DNA of 64,000 nt, from assembly GCA_966211705.1 (NCBI GenBank), contig CBIHOC010000024.1, positions 9,319-73,318 on the forward strand, read 5' to 3'. Positions 11,326 through 18,935 of the stretch are shown in pieces. The translations under genes and the position numbers were made by a program. The stretch is from an uncultured Chryseobacterium sp. (GTDB lineage Bacteria; Bacteroidota; Bacteroidia; Palsa-965). Each line of letters starts with the position of its first letter. Position 1 is the stretch's first letter. Below the pieces are notes generated by a model. The model saw nothing but the letters and a program-made list of their open reading frames with translations. It made no database searches and was not told the DNA's origin.

Positions 11326-11652
11326 CTACACCGAAAAGCTTTCCCCGCAGCCGCACGTCCGCGACGCATTCGGGTTGACGAATACGAACCCTTTCCCGTT
11401 CAGCCCCGTGGTATAATCCAGCTCGGTGCCGACGAGGTAGAGGAAACTCTTTTTATCGACAACGATCTTGATCCCTTTGTCTTCGAACACCTGGTCCGTC
11501 GGCTGGAGGTTATTGTCGAACTCGAGCTTGTAAGACAGGCCGGAGCATCCCCCGCTTTCCACGCCTACACGTATAAATGTATCTGCCGGGCGGTTTTCCT
11601 CCTTAATCAAGGTAATTGCCCTGTCCCGGGCATTTTCAGTTACGGTGATCAT
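11326..11652 (-). CDS. sufA: A-type Fe-S carrier (HesB/IscA/SufA family)
   Basis: 108 aa with a GGCSG motif and a C-terminal CGCGESF, the three-Cys signature of A-type carriers. First gene of the suf operon. Confidence 0.8.
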   Translation of the reverse strand: MITVTENARDRAITLIKEENRPADTFIRVGVESGGCSGLSYKLEFDNNLQPTDQVFEDKGIKIVVDKKSFLYLVGTELDYTTGLNGKGFVFVNPNASRTCGCGESFSV

Positions 11653-11657
11653 TGGTT

Positions 11658-11678
11658 TTCAGTATTTTATATTCTGAA
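11658..11678 (-). promoter_or_regulatory. Imperfect palindrome TTCAGTATTTTATATTCTGAA immediately upstream of the sufA start codon. Candidate operator for an Fe-S- or iron-responsive regulator.
   Basis: Dyad symmetry seen in the sequence 6-26 nt upstream of the sufA ATG. No binding data. Confidence 0.3.
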
Positions 11679-11799
11679 ACTTATTTAGACTAAATCTAAA
11701 TTCAGTACAAAAATACCTACTTTTTGGTAGTCCGCCAAACGGAATGAACAGGAAATGAACAGGAGCAGATCACCCCTGTCAAGGTTAAGAAGATAAAAA

Positions 11800-12912
11800 T
11801 CAATGAATTACCTGCTCCGTAGCCGGAATGCCGCTGGGCAGGTAAATGGTGAAAACCGTGCCTTTCCCGGGTTCGCTCTTGAGGTCGATCAAACCGCCCA
11901 GGCGCTGGATGCCGTTCTTGACAAGGTAAAGCCCGAGCCCGGAACCCTGGGAACCGTCGCTGCCGCGGTAGAACATGTCGAAGATCTTGTCCTGGATCGC
12001 CGCGGGAATGCCGATGCCGTTGTCGGCGATTTCGATCTTTACGCCGTCGTTCGTGTCGGTGATCATGACGTTGAGGTAGGGGTTGGTGGAGGAACGGTCC
12101 TGGTACTTGACGGAATTTTCGATGACGTTTTGCAGGATCGAGTTGAGGATCTTGTCGTCGGAGAAAAATGTTTTGTGCGTGGCGACCTTGACGTTGACGA
12201 CGAGGCGTTCGAAGCCGGGCGTGAACTCGAGGCGTTCGAGAATGTTGTTCAGCGCCTGGCCGAAGTCGATCCGGCTGCTCACCAGGTGCGCATTTTTCAT
12301 CGCCATGGTTTCGATCAGCGACACGAGAATTTCGTCGAGCTTCTGCGTGCATTCCGAGATCATGCGTACGTACGCGGTGGTTTGCCGGAGATTTTCCTCG
12401 CGGCCTGCGAGGTTGGCAAGGCCCATGATGGACGTGAGCGGGCCGCGCAGGTCGTGGGTGGCTTTGTACACGAACGTGTTGAGCTCGTTGTTGGTGTTGA
12501 GCAGCTGCGCGAGCATTTCTTCCCGTTCGCGTTCCGCCACTTTTTTCTTCAGCGCGTTGGTGATCGCGGAAGGCAGGCGCATGAGATGGTCTTTCAGGAT
12601 GTAATCGTCGGCGCCGTCCTGGATAACCTGCACGGCGAATTCCTCGGAAACCGCGCCGGTCACCAGCAGGAACGGCACGCCGGGCCGCATTTCTTTGGCG
12701 ATCCTGAGCGCTTCGATGGAATTGAATTGAGGCAGCGAATGATCGGAAAGGATCACATCGGGCAGGAACTCGGCTATCGCCTGCACGTACTCGCCACGGC
12801 TGTCGGCAATGCGCTTCACAAAATCGAACCCTGCCTTCCGCAGCTCGCGCCCGATGAACTCGACGTCCGCGGGGTTATCCTCGAGGATCAGTATTTTCAG
12901 CGGCTCTCCCAT
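11800..12912 (-). CDS. Hybrid two-component protein: N-terminal receiver domain fused to a HisKA + HATPase_c histidine kinase
   Basis: ILILEDNPADVEF...D...LPDVILSDHSLP receiver. H-box ATHDLRGPL. G-boxes DNGIGIP and GSGLGLYLV. Start refined to MGEPLK at 12912. Confidence 0.8.
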   Translation of the reverse strand: MGEPLKILILEDNPADVEFIGRELRKAGFDFVKRIADSRGEYVQAIAEFLPDVILSDHSLPQFNSIEALRIAKEMRPGVPFLLVTGAVSEEFAVQVIQDGADDYILKDHLMRLPSAITNALKKKVAEREREEMLAQLLNTNNELNTFVYKATHDLRGPLTSIMGLANLAGREENLRQTTAYVRMISECTQKLDEILVSLIETMAMKNAHLVSSRIDFGQALNNILERLEFTPGFERLVVNVKVATHKTFFSDDKILNSILQNVIENSVKYQDRSSTNPYLNVMITDTNDGVKIEIADNGIGIPAAIQDKIFDMFYRGSDGSQGSGLGLYLVKNGIQRLGGLIDLKSEPGKGTVFTIYLPSGIPATEQVIH

Positions 12913-12919
12913 CTCACGT

Positions 12920-13369
12920 TCAGATTTTTCTCGGCATTTCATTGAGCAGCATCCAGTAGAGTCCAAGATCGGCCACTGCTTTCACAAAGTTTTCAAATTC
13001 CACAGGCTTCACGACATAGCTGTTGACGCCGAGGCGATAGCCTTCCACGAGGTCACGCTCTTCACGTGAAGAGGTCATGATCACGACGGGGATCGCTTTC
13101 ATCACGTCGTCGTTCTTCAGGATCCGCAACACTTCGAGCCCGTCCACCTTCGGCAGCTTGAGGTCGAGGATGATGAGCTTCGGAAGCGCCAGGCCCGTGC
13201 GGTGCTCGAACGGCCCGCGGCAGTAAATAAAGTCGAGCGCTTCCGCACCGTCCTTTACATGAAAGAGGTTGTTGACGAGGTGGTGTTTTTTCAGCGCGCG
13301 GACGGTAAGCTCGGCGTCGCTGGGATTGTCCTCGACAAGGAGGAGATCAACGTTGTGTGTTGTAATCAT
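12920..13369 (-). CDS. Single-domain CheY-like response regulator
   Basis: [15 protein letters not shown]...[16 protein letters not shown]...VVIMTSS. 149 aa with no output domain. Confidence 0.85.
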   Translation of the reverse strand: MITTHNVDLLLVEDNPSDAELTVRALKKHHLVNNLFHVKDGAEALDFIYCRGPFEHRTGLALPKLIILDLKLPKVDGLEVLRILKNDDVMKAIPVVIMTSSREERDLVEGYRLGVNSYVVKPVEFENFVKAVADLGLYWMLLNEMPRKI

Positions 13370-13372
13370 GGG

Positions 13373-14905
13373 TTAATTAGGATTAATTGCCGGGAGTGCA
13401 ACAAAAAATGACGCGCCTTTATCCACTTCTGCTTCCGCCCAGGCCCGCCCGCCGTGCCGCGATACGATACGCTGCACGATGGCAAGGCCTACGCCGGTTC
13501 CTTCAAACTCATCCATCGCATGCAAACGCTGGAACACGCCGAACAGCTTGTCCACGTACATCATGTCGAAACCTACGCCATTGTCTTTTACGCAAAAAAC
13601 CACTTCGCCGTTTTTTCGTTCCGAGGTAACCTCCACCACGGGTTTTTCTTTTTTGGAAGAATATTTCACCGCGTTGGAGATCAGGTTCAGCATCACCTGG
13701 TGCATCAGCCCGTAATCGACCTTCACCTTGTCGAGCTTGCCGACTTTTATTTCGGCATGATGCTGGAAACTTTTATTCAGTTCGATCAGCACGCCTTCCA
13801 CGAGCTGGTTCATGTCTTCCACCGATTTATCCAGCTCCTTGCGGCCCAGTCTCGAGAACGCGAGCAGGTCGTCGATGAGGCGGCCCATTTTTTCGGCGTT
13901 GTAACGGATCACACCGAGCAGGCGCCGTCCTTCGTCGTCCATCGAGTTCCCGTAATCTTCCTCCAGCATCGTTGCATAGCCGTTCACGGCGCGGAGGGGC
14001 GCGCGGAGGTCGTGGGAGACGGAATAAGTGAACGCCTCCAGCTCTTTGTTCAGCTGCAGGATGGCGTCTTCCTGCTTTTTCTGCTCGGTGATGTCTTCGG
14101 AGATCCCAAGCAGGAATTGCGGTTTCCCGTCTTCGCCCGTAACGGGAATTTTTTTGGTGTGCAGCCAGCGCATGCCATGCGCGCGGGTGCTGATCGGCTC
14201 TTCTTTGATGTCGACGAGCTTTCCTTTCTCCAGCACGTCGCGGTCTTTCGCGGTGAAAAATTCCGCTTCGTCCTTCGGGAAAAAATCGAAATCGTTCTTC
14301 CCGATCAGGTCGCTTTTTTTATGACCGAGAAGCTCTTCGCCGGCTTTGTTGAAACGGACAAAACGAAGGTCCTTCGCATCTTTCACGAAGATCATGTTGG
14401 GGATGTACTCGAGCACCGTGTCGAGAAATTTATTCGCCTGCTCGAGCGCGGCCTCGGTTTCCCTGCGCCATTTGAACATCATGTTGATGGCGGCATTCTG
14501 CGATTCGGAATGCACCTTTTCCAGCTCATCGACGATCCCGATCACTTCTTTCGGGTCGGAAGTGTAATCGGGGATAAAACGGTGAAGCGCTTTTTTCTGC
14601 GCCACATAAATCAGCACGAGATCGGTGGGCTGGATGCTTTCTTTCGGAATGCCGCCGTCGAGACGGTCCTCTTCCCACTTCCGGAGATTTTCTTCCTGCA
14701 CCTCCCTGTATGTGCCATCCTCCAGCTGACCGGCAAAATCCCGGAGCGATTTCATCGATTGCGGAATGAGCACCTCGTCGGGGACGGATGCAAAAAGCTT
14801 CATCAGCGGGAAGTCCATCTCGCGGGATATGCGCAGGCTTTCCCGTGCGGCTTCTTCCAACCGGGTGTCTTTAATGTAAGACAGGAATTTTATCAGTTTT
14901 TGCAT
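13373..14905 (-). CDS. PAS-domain sensor histidine kinase
   Basis: PAS-like segment (...IFVKDAKDLRFVRFNKAGEELLGHKKSDLIGKNDFDFF...). H-box SVSHDLRAPL. HATPase_c DNGVGFD...GTGVGLAIV. 510 aa. Confidence 0.85.
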   Translation of the reverse strand: MQKLIKFLSYIKDTRLEEAARESLRISREMDFPLMKLFASVPDEVLIPQSMKSLRDFAGQLEDGTYREVQEENLRKWEEDRLDGGIPKESIQPTDLVLIYVAQKKALHRFIPDYTSDPKEVIGIVDELEKVHSESQNAAINMMFKWRRETEAALEQANKFLDTVLEYIPNMIFVKDAKDLRFVRFNKAGEELLGHKKSDLIGKNDFDFFPKDEAEFFTAKDRDVLEKGKLVDIKEEPISTRAHGMRWLHTKKIPVTGEDGKPQFLLGISEDITEQKKQEDAILQLNKELEAFTYSVSHDLRAPLRAVNGYATMLEEDYGNSMDDEGRRLLGVIRYNAEKMGRLIDDLLAFSRLGRKELDKSVEDMNQLVEGVLIELNKSFQHHAEIKVGKLDKVKVDYGLMHQVMLNLISNAVKYSSKKEKPVVEVTSERKNGEVVFCVKDNGVGFDMMYVDKLFGVFQRLHAMDEFEGTGVGLAIVQRIVSRHGGRAWAEAEVDKGASFFVALPAINPN

Positions 14906-15067
14906 AAACTAGTAGCTTGAAAGCAAAGGCTTACAAGTTGAGGGAACATTATGCAATGCGAAAAGTAGTCAATTTGACAATATAGGATATAGATCTTTGT
15001 CCCCTGACCCTCATTCGACCGTTTGCTTCCAGTATTCGACAACCTGCATTCAGCTTACCTTTGCACC

Positions 15068-16111
15068 ATGCTTGACAACCAATCGAAAACAGAACTTTCC
15101 CGCCTCGGCGAATTCGGACTTATCCGTCACCTTACTTCTGCCATTGAGCTGAAGAACCCGTCATCGCTGAAAGGCGTGGGCGACGACGCCGCCGTGATCG
15201 ACTACGGCGGACCGAAGGTGAGCGTCGTTTCCACCGACATGCTGGTGGAAGGCGTTCACTTCGACCTTGCTTATGTTCCCCTGCGGCACCTCGGCTATAA
15301 GGCCGCCATTGTAAATTTCTCCGACATCTACGCCATGAACGCGCAGCCGAAGCAGCTGCTCGTGTCGATCGCGATCTCCAGCAAATTCCCGCTCGACGCG
15401 GTGGAGGAATTGTATTCCGGGTTATTGCTTGCCTGTGAACGTTACGGCGTCGACCTCGTGGGCGGCGATACCACTTCCTCGCAGATGGGCATGGTGATCT
15501 CCTGCACCGCGATCGGGGAAGGAGAGAAAGAAAAGCTGGCGTACCGCAACGGCGCAAAAGAAAAAAACCTGCTCTGCGTTTCCGGCGATCTCGGCGGCGC
15601 TTACATGGGGCTGCTCCTGCTCGAGCGTGAAAAAGAAGTGTTCAAATCCGACCCGAAGATCCAGCCCGACCTGGAAGGCAACGATTACATTCTCGAGCGC
15701 CAGCTCAAACCCGAAGCCCGTCCCGATGTGATCCAGATGCTGAACGACCTGGGCATCAGACCGACTTCGATGATCGACGTGTCCGACGGGCTTGCCTCCG
15801 AGCTGCTTCACATCTGCGACCAGTCGAACGTGGGCGCGCAGCTTTACGAAGAAAAAATTCCCATCGACCCGATGACGTACAACCGCGCGCGGGAATTCAA
15901 CCTCGACCCGACCATGTGCGCGCTGAGCGGCGGTGAAGATTACGAGCTGCTGTTCACGATCGACATGAACGATTACGAAAAGCTGAAGAACAACGCCGAC
16001 ATCACGGTCATCGGCCACATCACCGCGAAAGAATCAGGCGTGAACATGGTCTCGAAATCGAACACGGTTCACCCGGTGACGGCGCAGGGATGGGATGCGT
16101 TGAGAAAATAA
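15068..16111 (+). CDS. thiL: Thiamine-monophosphate kinase ThiL
   Basis: GEFGLIRHL...GVGDDAAVID...VSTDMLVEGVHF...GYKAAIVNFSDIYAMNAQP...LVGGDTT, an AIR-synthase-related fold with ThiL motifs. Start refined to the ATG at 15068 (track ORF begins at 15023). Confidence 0.8.
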   Translation: MLDNQSKTELSRLGEFGLIRHLTSAIELKNPSSLKGVGDDAAVIDYGGPKVSVVSTDMLVEGVHFDLAYVPLRHLGYKAAIVNFSDIYAMNAQPKQLLVSIAISSKFPLDAVEELYSGLLLACERYGVDLVGGDTTSSQMGMVISCTAIGEGEKEKLAYRNGAKEKNLLCVSGDLGGAYMGLLLLEREKEVFKSDPKIQPDLEGNDYILERQLKPEARPDVIQMLNDLGIRPTSMIDVSDGLASELLHICDQSNVGAQLYEEKIPIDPMTYNRAREFNLDPTMCALSGGEDYELLFTIDMNDYEKLKNNADITVIGHITAKESGVNMVSKSNTVHPVTAQGWDALRK

Positions 16112-16138
16112 ATTGTAGGTGCACGATGCATCGTGCAC

Positions 16139-16501
16139 CTACAATTTCGAATCGGTAACGACCATTGTCCCGATCGGCCCTTTTTGTATGATCTTCTTCC
16201 CCTTCTTTTTTGCTTTTTTGTAGAGGCGAACGGTGAATGTCTGTTCCTCTTTTCCTTTCAGCAGCGAGCTGAATTCCGCGCTCTCGCCGACGCCGCGCCT
16301 GACGCAGTCGCCCGACTGGTCGTAAATTTCATAGGAGACTTCCTGGCTGAATACGAGCTTGTGCTTTTCGCTGTCGTAATTAGCCGTGTAGGTTTTTCCC
16401 TGCACTTTGAACGTCGCGGAGTTCGTTGCGGCATCCTGGGCGGAAAGGAAATGGGCCGGGAGGCAGAACAGCAAAAGGAGAAGCAGCTTTTTCATGGTCA
16501 A
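16139..16501 (-). CDS. Hypothetical small secreted protein
   Basis: Signal peptide MTMKKLLLLLLFCLPAHFLSAQ. 120 aa, no known domain. Confidence 0.5.
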   Translation of the reverse strand: MTMKKLLLLLLFCLPAHFLSAQDAATNSATFKVQGKTYTANYDSEKHKLVFSQEVSYEIYDQSGDCVRRGVGESAEFSSLLKGKEEQTFTVRLYKKAKKKGKKIIQKGPIGTMVVTDSKL

Positions 16502-16564
16502 ATTTATACGTTCGATGTGAACTTAAGGTTCGAACGAAATGAAGTGCGCAATTAAAGGACACAA

Positions 16565-16765
16565 AAAAGAATTCTCACCGGGAAACCAATTTCCATCTGC
16601 CAGGAATTTCTTTGTGCCTTCGTGCCTTTGTGGCTTTCATTCTTATCGATCCGGCGAGGAAATTTCAACCTTCAAAAACGACATTCTCAGTGAGAGAAAA
16701 TTAATAATGCCACAAAGACACGAAGGCACAAAGGCTTTTCACCGGGGAAACCAATTTCCATCCAC
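16565..16765. repeat. Composite repeat element: 24-nt direct repeats (tcaccggg[g]aaaccaatttccatc at ~16574 and ~16741) flanking a 25-nt inverted repeat (ctttgtgccttcgtgcctttgtggc / gccacaaagacacgaaggcacaaag)
   Basis: Read directly in the sequence. Non-coding gap between two minus-strand genes. The architecture resembles a MITE or cassette-like element, or a large structured RNA. Confidence 0.45.
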
Positions 16766-16798
16766 ACCGAATGCCGCAAAATTTTCTCACGGCGGCAA

Positions 16799-18382
16799 TC
16801 ACATCTCTCCCGCTTCCGCTTTCTCTTCCACGATCTCACGGAACGCTTTGTTCTTCAGCTTGCTTTCGGCCCATGCGGGAAAGTCGAAATATTCGAACGC
16901 GGTTTTTTCGAACGGGTCCTGCTCGAGCTTCTGTAAATTTTCAAACAGCTCGGCGTAAAGCGGTGCGATCGCTTTTACATCGTCCGTTTTCGAAATTTTT
17001 TCGGCGAAGCGCAGGAACACGTTCTCGAACTGGTATGCGCGGTTCCTCGTTTTCAGGTAGCGCTGCACCGAACGCCCGACATACGGCAGCAGGTCGCGGT
17101 GGTCGAGCTCGATGTGCAGGATGAGCGCAAACACCTGCGCCACGGCGAAGATCCACTCGTTCTGCCCGACGCCGGGGTCGTTCACCAGGCGCGTGGTCCA
17201 GCGCAGCGCTTCGTGAAATTTCCCCGCGCCGTAATAGGCCACGGCCACGCTGATGCAGAAATGCGCCTCGCGCAGCTTGCTGAGCCGCCCCTCGAACCGC
17301 GTCAGCCCTTCCACGATCTTCGGCACGAGCGCCATCGCTTTGTCGAAATGCCCGATGGAGTTGTACAGCGTCAGCTCAAGGCTGTAGGCGCTGGAGAAAA
17401 GCTTGATCTCGAGGTCTTCGTTGCGCGCGGTGTCGAGCTTTTCGGGGAGCGCGCGCAGCTTGCTGAGGTATTTCAGCACCTCGCTGTAGCGCTTGAGGCG
17501 GCTGCACACGTAGATGAGATTGGTGAGCACGCCGAAATAAACGTTGGGCTCGTCGCGGAAAATTTCCGTATTCGCTTCGATGAGCAGCACGTTGGCGGCG
17601 AGGTGAGCATGGCAGCGTTCGGCATCGGCGATGGCGAAGTAATACGCGCTGTATGTGTGGTGGTAAAGGAAACGCGCGTTCACGCTCATGCCGTCCAGCG
17701 CCCGGTCCTTCAGCGACGCGTCGATAAGGTGGCGGAATTCGTCGAGCTCGCCGGATGCGCGGGCGCGGCCTTTGGTGTTGAGTATCAGGAAAAGGCGGCT
17801 CTTCACGTTCCACAGCTCGTTATAAACGCGGATATCTTCGGCCACTTTCCGGTCCTGCCCGAGCACGCGCACGATGCTTTCGTCGGTCATGCCGGCGTAG
17901 CTGTCTTTTTCCGCAAGCGCTTTTTCCATCTCGTGGATCTGCACCAGCACTGCATGCTTCTCGTATTTTTCCGCCAGCTTTTTCGCGCTGCGCAACCGTT
18001 TTGCGCATTGATCGTACAGCGTTTTTTTGTACAGGATCTCCGCGTAATGCAGCTCTTTCCACAGCTGCGCATCGATCGAACTGTTGTGGTGGAACACGTC
18101 GAGGCTGCGCAGGATCGTTTCGAAGAGGCGCGATTTGGTAATGCTGAGATTGTTGAGCAATGCTTCGCCTGCAAATTTTTTCAGGAGAACATCTTCATCG
18201 TACGCCGCCATTTTTTCGATCGCGTCGAACAGCGCCACGTACGTATTCTGCTCACCGATCGTGTGCCTGCCGGCGAAGATCTTGAAATGCCTTTTTTCCT
18301 GCTTGGTGAGCGAGTTGATCAGGCGGTGGAGCTGGTCGGAAGATTTGCCGGACATGTATAAAGATCGGATATGTTTGTGCAC
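16799..18382 (-). CDS. Hypothetical helical, TPR-like protein
   Basis: 527-aa ORF with no signal peptide and no recognised catalytic motif. Alternative start MSGKSS at 18355. Confidence 0.5.
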   Translation of the reverse strand: MHKHIRSLYMSGKSSDQLHRLINSLTKQEKRHFKIFAGRHTIGEQNTYVALFDAIEKMAAYDEDVLLKKFAGEALLNNLSITKSRLFETILRSLDVFHHNSSIDAQLWKELHYAEILYKKTLYDQCAKRLRSAKKLAEKYEKHAVLVQIHEMEKALAEKDSYAGMTDESIVRVLGQDRKVAEDIRVYNELWNVKSRLFLILNTKGRARASGELDEFRHLIDASLKDRALDGMSVNARFLYHHTYSAYYFAIADAERCHAHLAANVLLIEANTEIFRDEPNVYFGVLTNLIYVCSRLKRYSEVLKYLSKLRALPEKLDTARNEDLEIKLFSSAYSLELTLYNSIGHFDKAMALVPKIVEGLTRFEGRLSKLREAHFCISVAVAYYGAGKFHEALRWTTRLVNDPGVGQNEWIFAVAQVFALILHIELDHRDLLPYVGRSVQRYLKTRNRAYQFENVFLRFAEKISKTDDVKAIAPLYAELFENLQKLEQDPFEKTAFEYFDFPAWAESKLKNKAFREIVEEKAEAGEM

Positions 18383-18935
18383 CCCGGGAGAAGCGCGGCT
18401 GTATCTTCGACGCAGGCCGGGTGAAAAATTCCTTCGCGGGATGCAGCCTTTGTGTTCCTTTGTAGTAAAGGGTTCTATGAAATAGTGATTTTTTCGTTTA
18501 CAATGAAGTTAGACTTATTCCAACTGAATGTCAAGAATGAACGTCAGCCCGGCGGCCGGATAATATTGCTTTGGACATGTTAAAAGATGGCAGAAGTGTG
18601 AAAATCAGCTGGAGCTGTTGGATATGCAATACGCAAATTGCTGATTAGTAGTAAATTGTAAAAAATAATGCGATAAAATTCCCATGTTGACATGTTTAAA
18701 ACCGTCTTACTCTGGTTTGATAACCGTTTACAGCGGGAATAGCTTTGTCACGTATTGGTAAATTTCATGCGATCCGCCGAGGGGTCCGGTTCAATGGGGA
18801 TGTTGGCCGGGCCCCCGGCAATCGCGGAAAAAAAGCGGAGCACGTCTCCGAACCTGTTCATCTCCTTTGCCGCTCAGCGGGCCATCGCATCTTTTCGGAA
18901 ATTTCTTCGCCACGGAACTGCTATCTTTATAATTC

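Noticed and set aside
13454-14920. 488-aa + strand ORF across the PAS histidine kinase locus
   Set aside because: Antisense to a gene with unambiguous H-box and ATPase motifs, with His/Phe-rich nonsense composition.
14906-15067. Possible Bacteroidota-type divergent promoter (ttgacaatataggatatagatctttg) between the kinase and thiL
   Set aside because: The spacing and -7 element do not match the TTG...TAnnTTTG consensus closely enough to call a promoter from sequence alone.
16490-16560. GGTTCGAAC T-loop-like string suggesting a tRNA
   Set aside because: No acceptor-stem complementarity, no CCA-compatible 3' end and no anticodon arm could be built around it. Chance occurrence.
17099-18361. 420-aa + strand ORF opposite the 16799..18382 gene
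   Set aside because: Either strand could in principle code. The minus frame gives a balanced, helical, protein-like sequence, whereas the plus frame is Arg/Ala/Val/His-rich, typical of antisense GC-rich DNA.
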